Source: Spirochaetota bacterium
GTDB lineage: Bacteria; Spirochaetota; UBA12135; COTS27
DNA length: 64,000 nt
Reading direction: 5' to 3'
Assembly: GCA_965249715.1 (NCBI GenBank)
Contig: CBDFMP010000037.1
Coordinates: forward strand, 711 to 64,710
A program made the position numbers and the translations under genes. The notes under the pieces are model-generated. The model was not told the DNA's origin. It worked only from the letters and a program-made list of their open reading frames with translations, and searched no databases. Position 1 is the stretch's first letter. Every line of letters begins with the position of its first letter. This document shows positions 1 through 10,898 of the stretch, in pieces.

Positions 1-182
1 GCTTGCAAGCTGAGGCGATGACGGCAATGGCTGCCCGTGAGCAATTGGAGCAAGCTGCTGCCGTATTGCGGGCAGCGTTAAACAGTGGCAATGGAGCTGG
101 AGCGGCGAATGATGCGCCTGAGGCGATAACAATGCCTGTACGCCGCTTTATGGTGGAAACTGCACTTCTGCACGTACAATAA
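1..182 (+). CDS. C-terminal end (~59 codons) of an unidentified protein; the gene continues beyond the left edge
   Basis: Frame is open from the window edge to TAA at 180-182 (...AAREQLEQAAAVLRAALNSG...VETALLHVQ*). No motif recognised. Confidence 0.3.
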   Translation, partial: LQAEAMTAMAAREQLEQAAAVLRAALNSGNGAGAANDAPEAITMPVRRFMVETALLHVQ

Positions 183-237
183 CAAAATGTGGATGCCTGC
201 AATAACCATAAAACTTGTGGGGATTGTGGGATGATGC

Positions 238-1083
238 ATGGCTATGGGTTATAAGGCGATTGAGGCGGTTGGATTTTTTATGTTGAGAGCAATTTTTATT
301 AGTCTGCGGCTGAGCTTGTTGGCTGTGTTTGTAATGAGTTTAAGTGGATGTCCCACTAAGGCTGTTATTGCAGAAGCAGGGGATGCGTTGATTGTGTTCA
401 TTACGCAGGAGCCGCTGCTTGATAAAACACTCAATAGCTATGGGCATAGCGAGTACCCGGCAACACGATTTTTTGTGGACGCTTACTTGGGCGCATTGCG
501 TGAGCAATTGGCTGCTGCAAGTGCTGAAACTGGCTTAGCGTTAACGGGTATTTCACTGCCACAGCTTACAGCTGTTCAAAATGTCTGGGAAACAACCGTA
601 CTGCCTCAGTTTGCAGCAGACAGTACCCGCAGTCGCGCGGCTGCCAAGCGCCTGGCAGAAAGTCATAAGGGCAACTATTGGCAATATTGGCCGCAGGCGG
701 GGCTCACGCTTACAGGCATACCAGCAATACAACGGCCTGCTGTAATACAGGCGCTGCATGCGGCATTGGCAGAAAAATTTCAATATTTCATCGCGCTTGA
801 ACTCCGTTATTCATTGGTGGAACAGCGTATTCATAACCGTATAATCATTTATGATGCAGGTGGTGCGGTACTGGCAGCCACGCGCATTAAGGTTGTTGCG
901 AATACCATTATACGTGACAGTGCCTCACCTTATTTGTTAAGCGAGCCTTACCTGGCCATGCAGCCTGCAGCAGGCACACTTTTTACGGAATTGCAACTGG
1001 TGGCTAAGGAATTGGGGAAACAGGCAGCCGCGCAGCTGGTTCTCAAGTTGACTGGAAAAAAACGCGGGCAGACTTCTTCTTAG
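238..1083 (+). CDS. hypothetical exported lipoprotein
   Basis: 281-aa ORF. N-terminal hydrophobic stretch ends in a lipobox-like LSG|C (LLAVFVMSLSGC). The ATG at 280 is a more likely start. No family recognised. Confidence 0.5.
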   Translation: MAMGYKAIEAVGFFMLRAIFISLRLSLLAVFVMSLSGCPTKAVIAEAGDALIVFITQEPLLDKTLNSYGHSEYPATRFFVDAYLGALREQLAAASAETGLALTGISLPQLTAVQNVWETTVLPQFAADSTRSRAAAKRLAESHKGNYWQYWPQAGLTLTGIPAIQRPAVIQALHAALAEKFQYFIALELRYSLVEQRIHNRIIIYDAGGAVLAATRIKVVANTIIRDSASPYLLSEPYLAMQPAAGTLFTELQLVAKELGKQAAAQLVLKLTGKKRGQTSS

Positions 1084-3485
1084 CTTTAGGACTTAGTGGC
1101 GATATTTTTGAGCGCGGCGTTTTAACATGCTGCGTACTAATTTATCAATGCGATCGTTCCACGGATTGGCGCCGTGGTTGCCTGATACTATTGCGTCAAT
1201 GCAGTTTGGCTTTCCATGTTCCCAGTGCTTGCAGGACGGCATGAAGTTCTGCTGCCACATTGGCGGCAGCGTTAGCGGGAAGAAAGCCTAACTCTTCGCC
1301 GATGAGTATTTTATCATCTTGCAATAAAAGCCAACCCCAACCCAACTCATCCCAGTCCTTAATTTTTGAACCGTCTGTATAAATGCTCCAGCGATGCGTA
1401 ACATCCAGCTTGAGCGGTTGCGGCAAGCTTAGCTTTAGGACTTAGTGGCGATATTTTTGAGCGCGGCGTTTTAACATGCTGCGAACTAATTTATCAATGC
1501 GATCATTCCACGGATTGGCACCGTGTGCGTTGACCTTACTGAATTGTAACTTGCTTTTAAACGGCGCCATGGTTGCCTGATACTGTTGCGTCAATGCAGT
1601 TTGGCTTTCCATATGTTTCCAGTGCTTGCAGGATGGCGTGAAGTTCTGCTGCCACATTGGCGGCAGCGTTAGCGGGAAGAAAGCCTAACTCTTCGCCGAT
1701 GAGTATTTTATCATCTTGCAATAAAAGCCAACCCCAACCCAACTCATCCCAGTCCTTAATTTTTGAACCGTCTGTATAAATGCTCCAGCGATGCGTAACA
1801 TCCAGCTTGAGCGGTTGCGGCAAGCTTAGCTTTAGGACTTAGTGGCGATATTTTTGAGCGCGGCGTTTTAACATGCTGCGTACTAATTTATCAATGCGAT
1901 CGTTCCACGGATTGGCGCCGTGTGCATTGACCTTACTGAATTGTAACTTGCTTTTAAACGGCGCCATGGTTGCCTGATACTGTTGCGTCAATGCAGTTTG
2001 GCTTTCCATGTTCCCAGTGCTTGCAGGACGGCGTGAAGTTCTGCTGCCACATTGGCGGCAGCGTTAGCGGGAAGAAAGCCTAACTCTTCGCCGATGAGTA
2101 TTTTATCATCTTGCAATAAAAGCCAACCCCAACCCAACTCATCCCAGTCCTTAATTTTTGAACCGTCTGTATAAATGCTCCAGCGATGCGTAACATCCAG
2201 CTTGAGCGGTTGCGGCAAGCTTAGCTTTAGGACTTAGTGGCGATATTTTTGAGCGCGGCGTTTTAACATGCTGCGAACTAATTTATCAATGCGATCGTTC
2301 CACGGATTGGCGCCGTGGTTGCCTGATACTATTGCGTCAATGCAGTTTGGCTTTCCATGTTCCCAGTGCTTGCAGGTAAAAGCGGGAGTTAATGGCTTGC
2401 AGGACGGTGAAGTTCTGCTGCCACATTGGCGGCAGCGTTAGCGGGAAGAAAGCCTAACTCTTCGCCGATGAGTATTTTATCATCTTGCAATAAAAGCCAA
2501 CCCCAACCCAACTCATCCCAGTCCTTAATTTTTGAACCGTCTGTATAAATGCTCCAGCGATGCGTAACATCCAGCTTGAGCGGTTGCGGCAAGCTTAGCT
2601 TTAGGACTTAGTGGCGATATTTTTGAGCGCGGCGTTTTAACATGCTGCGTACTAATTTATCAATGCGATCGTTAATATTTTTGAGCGCCGTTTGATACAT
2701 GCTGCGAACAATTATCAATGCGCTCGTTCCACGGATTGGCGCCATTGTGCGTTTGACCTTACTGAATTGCAATAAACTTGCTTTTACCGTCTGTATAAAT
2801 GCTCCAGCGATGCGTAACATCCAGCTTGAGCGGTTGCGGCAAGCTTAGTTTTAGGACTTAGTGGTGCGCGGCGTTTTAACATGCGAACTAATTTATCAAT
2901 GCGATCGTTCCACGGATTGACGCCGTGGTTGCCTGATACTATTTTTGGCTTTCCATGTTGAGGATGGCGTGAAGTTCTGCTGCCACATTGGCTGGCAGCG
3001 TTAGCGGGAAGAAAGCCTAACTCTTGCCCATGACTATTTTATCATCTTGCAATAAAAGCCAACCCCAACCCAACTCATCCCAGTCCTTAATTTGAGCGTC
3101 TGGCGTCCAGCGATGCGTAACATCCAGCTTGAGCGGTTGCGGCAAGCTTAGTTTTAGGACTTAGTGGCGATATTTTTGAGCGCGTATGCTGCTACTAATT
3201 TATCAATGCGATCGTTCCACGGATTGGCGCCGTGGTTGCCTGATACTATTGCGTCAATGCAGTTTGGCTTTCCATGTTCCCAGTGCTTGCAGGACGGTGT
3301 GAAGTTCTGCTGCCACATTGGCGGCAGCGTTAGCGGGAAGAAAGCCTAACTCTTCGCCGATGAGTATTTTATCATCTTGCAATAAAAGCCAACCCCAACC
3401 CAACTCATCCCAGTCCTTAATTTTTAAACCGTCTGTATAAATGCTCCAGCGATGCGTAACATCCAGCTTGAGCGGTTGCGGCAAG
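1079..3485 (-). repeat. head-to-tail array of seven truncated copies of the RNase H catalytic-domain segment of the adjacent gene
   Basis: Units start at 1079, 1428, 1825, 2220, 2594, 2844 and 3147 (349, 397, 395, 374, 250, 303, 339 bp). Every junction reads cggcaag|cttagc. Each unit holds the 3' flank, stop codon and RNase H-domain codons of the intact gene (parental unit 3486-3971, 486 bp). Each lacks a 90-bp in-frame segment and 1 nt of a T-run. Confidence 0.9.
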
Positions 3486-3499
3486 CTTAGCTTTAGGAC

Positions 3500-4252
3500 T
3501 TAGTGGCGATATTTTTGAGCGCGGCGTTTTAACATGCTGCGAACTAATTTATCAATGCGATCGTTCCACGGATTGGCGCCATGTGCGTTGACCTTACTGA
3601 ATTGCAACTTGCTTTTAAAGGGCGCCATGGTTGCCTGGTACTGTTGTGTCAATGCAGTTTTGGCTTTCCATGTTCCCAGTGCCCAATGTTCTATGCCCAG
3701 ATAATCGTAATGAATGGTGAGCCTGGAAGTAGCATTCTTTGCTTGTAAAGCGGGAGTTAATGTTTTCAATGCTTGCAGGACGGCATGAAGTTCTGCTGCC
3801 ACATTGGCGGCAGCGTTAGCGGGAAGAAAGCCTAACTCTTCGCCGATGAGTATTTTATCATCTTGCAATAAAAGCCAACCCCAGCCCAATTCATCCCAGT
3901 CCTTAATTTTTGAACCGTCTGTATAAATGCTCCAGCGATGCGTAACATCCAGCTTGAGCGGTTGCGGCAAGGGTTGCCGCTGGTGCGGTGTTGTGTAAGC
4001 ACTTTGTCCCACTGGGAGGTCTGTTGTACGGGTCAGGTTGGCTAAGTATGTTTCTGCTTCTGCACGTGTCTTAAGTTTTTTATAACGTGCATCGGTAACA
4101 CCGTGTACCAGTGCGCGGCAAGCTTCCCAGCTGCGCACCAGTTGTTGATGCCCCTGCCGCGGCAAGTAAATGGCATACCAACTTGCTGCAGCCTTTTTTT
4201 TAGAGCTGGCTGCCGCTGCAGAGTTATTGGGAAAGAGTGTTTGCGCAGGCAT
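3500..4252 (-). CDS. ribonuclease H family protein with N-terminal RNase H1/viroplasmin-type hybrid-binding domain
   Basis: 250-aa ORF. The N-terminus (WYAIYLPRQGHQQLVRSWEACRALVHGVTDARYKKLKTRAEAETYL) resembles the RNase H1 N-terminal (Cauli_VI-like) domain. The C-terminal half has RNase H-fold landmarks (IYTDGS, AAELHAV, IHYDYLGIEHWALGTWKAK, NDRIDKL). Confidence 0.75.
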   Translation of the reverse strand: MPAQTLFPNNSAAAASSKKKAAASWYAIYLPRQGHQQLVRSWEACRALVHGVTDARYKKLKTRAEAETYLANLTRTTDLPVGQSAYTTPHQRQPLPQPLKLDVTHRWSIYTDGSKIKDWDELGWGWLLLQDDKILIGEELGFLPANAAANVAAELHAVLQALKTLTPALQAKNATSRLTIHYDYLGIEHWALGTWKAKTALTQQYQATMAPFKSKLQFSKVNAHGANPWNDRIDKLVRSMLKRRAQKYRH

Positions 4253-4300
4253 TGCAGTGTTGCCTTAGGATAGCAGACGCGCTAATGGAAACTAGCGGCA

Positions 4301-7300
4301 TCAATGCTGCAGCAGTTTGCGGGGCTTAAGCTGCCCGAGTATTTTTAGCTGTCTGCGGCTGCTGTTAGAAATGTTATCTGTTAAAACGTAAATAGCGGGT
4401 AGAAAAATTAAAAGTAGCGGTGTGCTGATAAGCAATCCCCACATGAGTGTAATAGCCATTGGCTCCAGGAAAGGTTCTTTGCCGGCAAATCCGTAGGCCT
4501 GTGGCAGAATGCCAACGATTGTGGTGAGCGATGTCATTAAAATAGGGCGTAATCGGGCTTCTGTGCCTTTTAAAACGGCAATTTTTAAATCCATGTTGGG
4601 ATTTTCAACACGGACTTCATTTAATTTTTTTACAAGAATCAGTGAATCATTGACAATAATGCCGACAAGTGCTAAGCCGCCCATAAATGGCATGAAACCA
4701 AGGGCAGTATTAGTTGTATAAAGCCCGATAAGCGCGCCCACATAGCTTAGGGGAATGATGGAGAGGACTAGCAGCGGTTGTATGTAGCTGCGGAAGATAA
4801 TGGTGAGCAGTAAATAAATGCTGAAACAAATAAGCAACAGTGTTTTTAAAATACCGCGATTGAGTTCATCTTGCCGTTCGCGCTCTCCGCGCATTTTTAA
4901 AGCTATGCCCGTGTAAGCAGCTTGCCATGTTGAAAATTGTTCCTCTATTTTTTTGACTAGTACGTTTTCGTTGTACTGAATGTTTTCAGGATTTTCCAGG
5001 TAGGCACTGACGGAGATGAAAATTTCACCATCGCGTTTGATGATTTGACCGCTGTTTTCTTGTTTTTCGATTGTGGCAACGCGTGTAAGTGGGACAAGCT
5101 GGTATGAGTCCGTGCGCAATGGCAGCTGCTCTAATAATGCATCATCGTTTGTGGAGTTGTTGGTGTACTCAACCACCAGTTCTACTTCGTTGTCATACAA
5201 TGTGTAGCCGTCTGGTCTGCTAAGTTCGTTGAGTGTGACAACGTTGGTTTCACTGAAGCTGTTTTGTAAGGTACCTGCTAGCAGTGGAATATTCACCCCC
5301 AGTAGGTCCGCCAGTTCCGGGTCTGGCAGGACGTTTAATTCTGTTTTACTGGCTTCAGTGTTGATATACACAGAAGTGGTATTGGGAAGTTCCCGCATAA
5401 AGTTTGCAATGGTCTCAGCTGCTTCCGTGAGTGTATCCATATCCTTGCCTGAAATACTCAGGTCAAGCGGACGCTCAGTCTGTGTTCCCCCGTGGTGTTC
5501 TTCCGTAGTGAACGATACAAGTTTTGTCGGCGTTTGAACCTCATCCATGATCTGCGCTACTTTTTTGTTCATCTCGTACTCTGATTCTTCGCGCGCGGGA
5601 TCAAAATAAATTGTGACATATCCAAGATAGCTCTGTATGGTTGCAAACCTTCCTGAGCTTTGCCCAATGGTTGAAATGAGCTCCACTACGGACTTGCTGG
5701 GAAGCTCCGCCCGTAAAGCTGCTTCCACAGTGTCTGCAACCGCAGACATTTGTTTTAAGCTGCTTTCCGATGGAATTTCCAAACTGACAGTTAGTTTGTC
5801 GGGACTCTCGGGAAAATAAATCACCGGCAATCTAGGTAATATAAACGCCACCAAGCCAATCATGATCAGTACAAAACTGCTAAGGGTTATTTTAGGGTAA
5901 CGGATGGCTACCCTAAGCGTAAAACAATGGACCCAGGCGATGTAGTAAAACAAGGCATGAAATTTTGAACTCAGTGTAGAAAACCTAGCCAGGAGAGACG
6001 AACGTACGTCGGAGTCTTTTTTAGCGGATGTTGTTGTATCTTTTAAGTGTGCCAAATGTCCAGGTAAGATCAGCAGACATTCAAACAATGAACAGAATAG
6101 TGTAATGATCATTGCTTGCGCAAGAATTTGGATCATCTCTCCGTAAAAACCCGGTAGGTTGGAAGTCTGCATGAAACCAAGAATAGTGGTTAAGACAATA
6201 CCCAAAATGGGAACGACCATTTCCTGTGTCCCCATAATGGCAGCTTTATAATAACTGTACCCTTGTTCACGATAAAAATATATATTTTCCGCAACAATAA
6301 TGGTATCGTCGACTAACATGCCGACCACAACAATAAAACCAAACATTGTCATCATATTGAGGGTCAGGCCCATTTGATACATGATGATAATGGCCATGCA
6401 AAATGAAAAAGGAATACCGAGGATTGTTAAAAGTGTGACGCGCAAGTTGAAAAACAAGACCATACACAAAAAAACGAGTCCAAGGCCAATGGTGGCATTG
6501 GAAGACAAGATACTCAGTCGGCGTTTGACGTAAAAGGAATTGTCATCGGTTGTGAGTGTTTGCACACCGGCTGGCAGCAGCTTGCGCGTTTCGTAGTCTG
6601 CCAGAAGTTGTTTGACATTTTTAGAAATAGTGATGATATCGCCATCGGGTTTCTTATAAATGCGTACCCATACGCCTTGTTTGCCTTCAACGCGCCGCTG
6701 TACCGCTATTTCCTGATATTCCCATTGCACGGTTGCCACGTCGCGTAGCTGAACGTGTTGACCCTTGTCATTACCTCTAATAATAGTATTACGAATTTCA
6801 TCCAAGGACTGATAGCTCGTTTTTGTTTTAATGAAGAATTCCTTGTTATCAACGGTAACTTTACCGGCGGGAACATTAAAGTTGCGAGTCTTAATGCGCG
6901 TAATAATTTCCGGGAGTGTGAGTTCATGGTGTTTGAGCGCTGCTGCATCCACCTTTACTTTAACGCTGATTTGGGGTTCATTGATAAGCTCCACCCGGCC
7001 TACGCCGTGGATTTCTTTTACGTCATCGGAAAAGCGATCGGCAAGTCCTTTGAGGACATCATTATCCACATCGCCTACAAAGCCAGCAACAATGTTGACA
7101 ATCCATGTTCCAAAGCGCAGCTCTTGAACAATAGGTTCTTCTGCCAGTGCCGGCAATTTTACATTCTTGACGGCTGCCTGTATGTCCCTTAAAAGGCTGC
7201 TTATAGGAATACCGCTATCGTCGTCTACTTCAAAAACAATAATGGAGTGTCCTGCGCTGGTGTGCGAATGGATGGACTCCGCTCCGTCGATTGGAAGTAT

Positions 7301-7504
7301 GGCATCTTCAATGGGTTTTGTGACCAGCTGCTCCATTGAATCGGAGGAGGCGCCCACATAGATTGTATCAATTCTTATAGCGTCCAGCCCCACAGCTGGA
7401 TATCCTTCTTTTTGTCCAGTAATAAAGGTTAGGGTACCTAAGACTAAAACTAGAACGACAATAAGGTTTAATGCCTTGTGTTGATTGACAAAGAATTGCA
7501 GCAT
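4301..7504 (-). CDS. RND-family efflux transporter permease (AcrB/HAE-like)
   Basis: 1067 aa, a typical RND length, with two large periplasmic loops between hydrophobic blocks. Collinear paralogy with the split gene at 7589-10815 (for example GHLAHLKD vs GHLAHLRD, IIVNDSLILV vs IIVNDSLVMV). Confidence 0.85.
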   Translation of the reverse strand: MLQFFVNQHKALNLIVVLVLVLGTLTFITGQKEGYPAVGLDAIRIDTIYVGASSDSMEQLVTKPIEDAILPIDGAESIHSHTSAGHSIIVFEVDDDSGIPISSLLRDIQAAVKNVKLPALAEEPIVQELRFGTWIVNIVAGFVGDVDNDVLKGLADRFSDDVKEIHGVGRVELINEPQISVKVKVDAAALKHHELTLPEIITRIKTRNFNVPAGKVTVDNKEFFIKTKTSYQSLDEIRNTIIRGNDKGQHVQLRDVATVQWEYQEIAVQRRVEGKQGVWVRIYKKPDGDIITISKNVKQLLADYETRKLLPAGVQTLTTDDNSFYVKRRLSILSSNATIGLGLVFLCMVLFFNLRVTLLTILGIPFSFCMAIIIMYQMGLTLNMMTMFGFIVVVGMLVDDTIIVAENIYFYREQGYSYYKAAIMGTQEMVVPILGIVLTTILGFMQTSNLPGFYGEMIQILAQAMIITLFCSLFECLLILPGHLAHLKDTTTSAKKDSDVRSSLLARFSTLSSKFHALFYYIAWVHCFTLRVAIRYPKITLSSFVLIMIGLVAFILPRLPVIYFPESPDKLTVSLEIPSESSLKQMSAVADTVEAALRAELPSKSVVELISTIGQSSGRFATIQSYLGYVTIYFDPAREESEYEMNKKVAQIMDEVQTPTKLVSFTTEEHHGGTQTERPLDLSISGKDMDTLTEAAETIANFMRELPNTTSVYINTEASKTELNVLPDPELADLLGVNIPLLAGTLQNSFSETNVVTLNELSRPDGYTLYDNEVELVVEYTNNSTNDDALLEQLPLRTDSYQLVPLTRVATIEKQENSGQIIKRDGEIFISVSAYLENPENIQYNENVLVKKIEEQFSTWQAAYTGIALKMRGERERQDELNRGILKTLLLICFSIYLLLTIIFRSYIQPLLVLSIIPLSYVGALIGLYTTNTALGFMPFMGGLALVGIIVNDSLILVKKLNEVRVENPNMDLKIAVLKGTEARLRPILMTSLTTIVGILPQAYGFAGKEPFLEPMAITLMWGLLISTPLLLIFLPAIYVLTDNISNSSRRQLKILGQLKPRKLLQH

Positions 7505-7588
7505 GGGTTTATAGAAGTTGGATAGCCGATCACTCCATGCGCAGCTGGCTTTTTATGATGTTATTAAACAGCAAGCATTGTGTTTAAG

Positions 7589-10500
7589 TTAAAAAGTTTT
7601 GTGGTGTACTGAGTTGCCGATACTGTATTCACGTTTGAAGAGACGATAAATGAATTTCATGAAACGATCAATAAGCAGATAAAACGCAGGCAATAAAATA
7701 AGCAGCAGCAATGTACTGATCATCAATCCCCACATGAGCGCAATGGCCATCGGTGCAAGAAAAGGTTCTTCACCCAGCAGCCCATAAGCCAATGGCGCGA
7801 TACCAACAACTGTAGTGATCGACGTCATCAGAATAGGACGTATGCGCGATTTGGCACCTGTTACGACGGCATCAAAAACATTCAACTTTTTTTCACGTTG
7901 TAAGCGATTGATCTTATCCACCATGACAAGCGAATCGTTGACAATAATTCCCATGAGCGCGACACCGCCTAAAAACGGCATAAGACCGATGGGCGTTCCC
8001 GTAATAAAGAGACCAATGACAATGCCCACAAAACCAAGCGGAATAATGGACATGACAATGAGCGGCTGCACGTAACTTTTAAAAATGACGGTCAGGACAA
8101 AATAAATGCCGAAGATGGCAAGCAGCAGTGCCCTAATGGTGCCGATGATAAGCTCTTGTTGTTCTTCTTGCTCGCCTTTAAGCTCGAAGTCAACAGCTGG
8201 ATGAGCAGCTTGCCATAGTGGAATTTGCTCTTTTATTTGTGCAACAAGGGCAGTTGCGCTGTTTTGGCGATCGTTTTGATCTTTGAGCAATGCCGAAACA
8301 GAAATGTAAAGTTTGCCGTCTTCTTTGATAAGGCGTCCACTGTTGGTGGTATAATCCAGTTTAGCAATGCTTTCCAAAGGAATCATGAAGCCGCGTTGGT
8401 TGGGGATGGGGGTATTGTTAATGTCATTCAGTGTTTTGGTTTCATTGGTAATGTACTTGACAATGAGTTCGACTTCGTCGTCATTGGTGCTGAACGATGA
8501 GAGCGATGTAATACTCAGCGACGATTCATTTGCAAAAGCATTGCTCACCGCGGTTGCAATGTCGCGAAGATTCACGTTCACAATGGATGCGAGTGTTTCA
8601 TCGGGAAGCACAGAGATCCCCTGTTTGCCGTCTTTATAACCGGTGGAGACCGATGCTGTATTGGGCAGTTTTGTGATAAAAACATTGACCTCTTTTGCGG
8701 CAGCAAGGATCGTTGAAATATTTTTACCGGTCACGTAAACGTCAATGGGTTTACCTGCAGGGGGGCCGCCTTTAAGGGGTTTGACGCTATAGCTAACCAT
8801 ACCGGGGGTAGCTTTAATGCTGTCTTCAATGAGTGCTGTGAGCTCATCATCGCTTTCGTCGCGACTGGTATCAAGAAAAACACGAATATAACCAAGGTAG
8901 CTCTGAAAGTCAGGTACGTTATCAAAAGTACTATCCTGTCCAACAGTAGAAACTATATCCACAACATAGTCCCCTGTGTTGGCAGCAATACTGGCTTCCG
9001 CCTTGTCTAAAACTTTTGCCGTTGCTGCTAAGTTATTATAAGTAGGCGTTTCTATGTCCACTATGATGCTTTCTGCTTCACCGGGAAAGAAGACAAAGGG
9101 CACTTGCGAGCCTAAACCAAACGCCAATCCAAAATAGTGTGCCGAGGAAAGAGGGTCGTGGTAAGGATAGGTTTGCGCAACCACTTCATCAGCACTTTTT
9201 TCATAAGCATTGCTGACGACACGGAACCAACGGCGTTGGTCGCGTGGTGATTTTTTTGGTTTGTTTTAGACGTGGAAGCGGTTGTTACAGCCGAGCTGTC
9301 AGCTGTTATTGCCAGCTCGTCATCAGCTTGCGGCAATGGAGCAGCATTGTCGCGTAGGTGAGCCAGATGCCCAGGCAAAACAAAAACACATTCCACCAAT
9401 GAGCAAAGCAAGGTGATGATCACAATTTTCGGGATAATGCCAAGCACATCGCCGAAGATGCCGGGGAGGGTGGCTAAGGGGAGGAAGGCTAAGGTGGTGG
9501 TCGCAATAATGGCAATGACAGGTATTAACATTTCCTGCGTCCCTTCAAGCGCCGCTTGCCGAAAGGGCATGCCGCGTTCTACGCGTGTGTAAATGCTCTC
9601 AGCAATGATAATGGCATCGTCGACAATCATGCCCACCACAATGATCAGACCAAACATGGTCATCAGGTTCAGTGTGAGCCCTATGGCATAAGCAATGATA
9701 ATAGCCAGACAGAACGAAAAGGGGATGCCAAGCATTGTCCACAAGGTCACACGCAGGTTGAAAAAAACAATCATGCACAAAAACACAAGGAGCAGACCAA
9801 CAGTTGCATTGGTTGAAAGAACGCTCAAGCGGCGTTCTACATAAAATGCCAGATCATCCACTGTGGCAGTACGCCCGCCCGCGGGCAGGTAGCCTTTGGC
9901 TTCATATTCTGCTAACAGTGTTTTGACGCCCTTTGAGACCTTGATGGTATCGCCATTGGGTGTTTTAAAAACATTGAGCCAAATGCCCTGATTGCCGCCT
10001 GAACGCAAGAACGTTGTCAGTTCTTCATGTGCCCAGCGCACATTGGCAAGATCTTTGAGCAGGACACGAAATCCTTTGTCATTGACGCGAATGATGGTGT
10101 TTTCAATTTCCGCTAACGATGAATATTCCTTACTGGTTTTAATAAAAAACTCTTTATTTTTGACAGTGATCTTACCTGCGGGTACATTAATATTGCGGGC
10201 ATTCAGCGCGGCAATGATCGTATTCAGTTCCGTGTCATAAGCTTGTAATTTTTCAGGGATGACATCGACCCATATTTCCAGCTTAGGATAGTTGTGCAGC
10301 GTCACTTTCCCCACACCGGGGACGCTTTTGACATCTTCTTTGAAACGCCTGGTGATACGTTTGAGCTCCTCAGTATCAATATTGCCAAGAAACCCGACGC
10401 GTAGGTTGGGATTGACTGTTGAAAAAGCTAACTCGCGAATAATTGGATCCGAGACACCATCAGGAAAACTTAGTTTATCAACTGCGCTTTCTAGCTCATC

Positions 10501-10815
10501 CATGATCTCACTATTGGCGCGGCCGATAGCATTGTCAATTTCAAAACTGATAACGGCACGCCCCTCACTGGAAAAAGAGGTGATCTTATTGGCACCCTCA
10601 ACAGTCTCAATTTCGTCCTCAATTTTTTTAGTAACAAGTGCTTCCACATCATCTGCTGATGCACCTCTGTAGGCTACAGAGATGGTGATAATGTCAAAGC
10701 CGATATTCGGAAACCCTTCTTTGCGTCCCTGAATAAAGGTCAGCGTACCAATGGTAATGACAAGGATAACGACAAGATTGACAGCTTTATATTGATTGAT
10801 GAAGAATTGAATCAT
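7589..10815 (-). pseudogene. second RND efflux permease, split into two overlapping ORFs (9112-10815 N-half, 7589-9184 C-half) by one frame change
   Basis: The two ORFs together are collinear with the 1067-aa paralog. The frame switch must lie in the ~9,110-9,200 overlap. This could be a true frameshift or a sequence error. Confidence 0.7.
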
Positions 10816-10898
10816 AATGAAATCCTTGGAAATTTTTTAAGAAGCCCCGCTCATGAAAATTTCAGCTGTGGTGGCTGCTTGGAAGGTCGCTTAAAATA

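Noticed and set aside
1079-3485. Could the ~250-400-bp periodic array be a CRISPR array, a diversity-generating retroelement (TR/VR), or a pilS/vls-type silent-cassette system?
   Set aside because: - The units are contiguous gene fragments with no unique spacers, so this is not CRISPR.
- No reverse transcriptase is present and there are no adenine-specific mismatches, so this is not a DGR.
- The copies are near-identical deletion derivatives rather than diversified cassettes, so antigenic-variation-type gene conversion is unsupported.
4509-7361. Plus-strand ORFs inside the RND gene (for example 6755-7192, 5229-5537, 6831-7127).
   Set aside because: They are antisense shadow ORFs fully embedded in a well-supported 1067-aa gene, with low-complexity or implausible translations.
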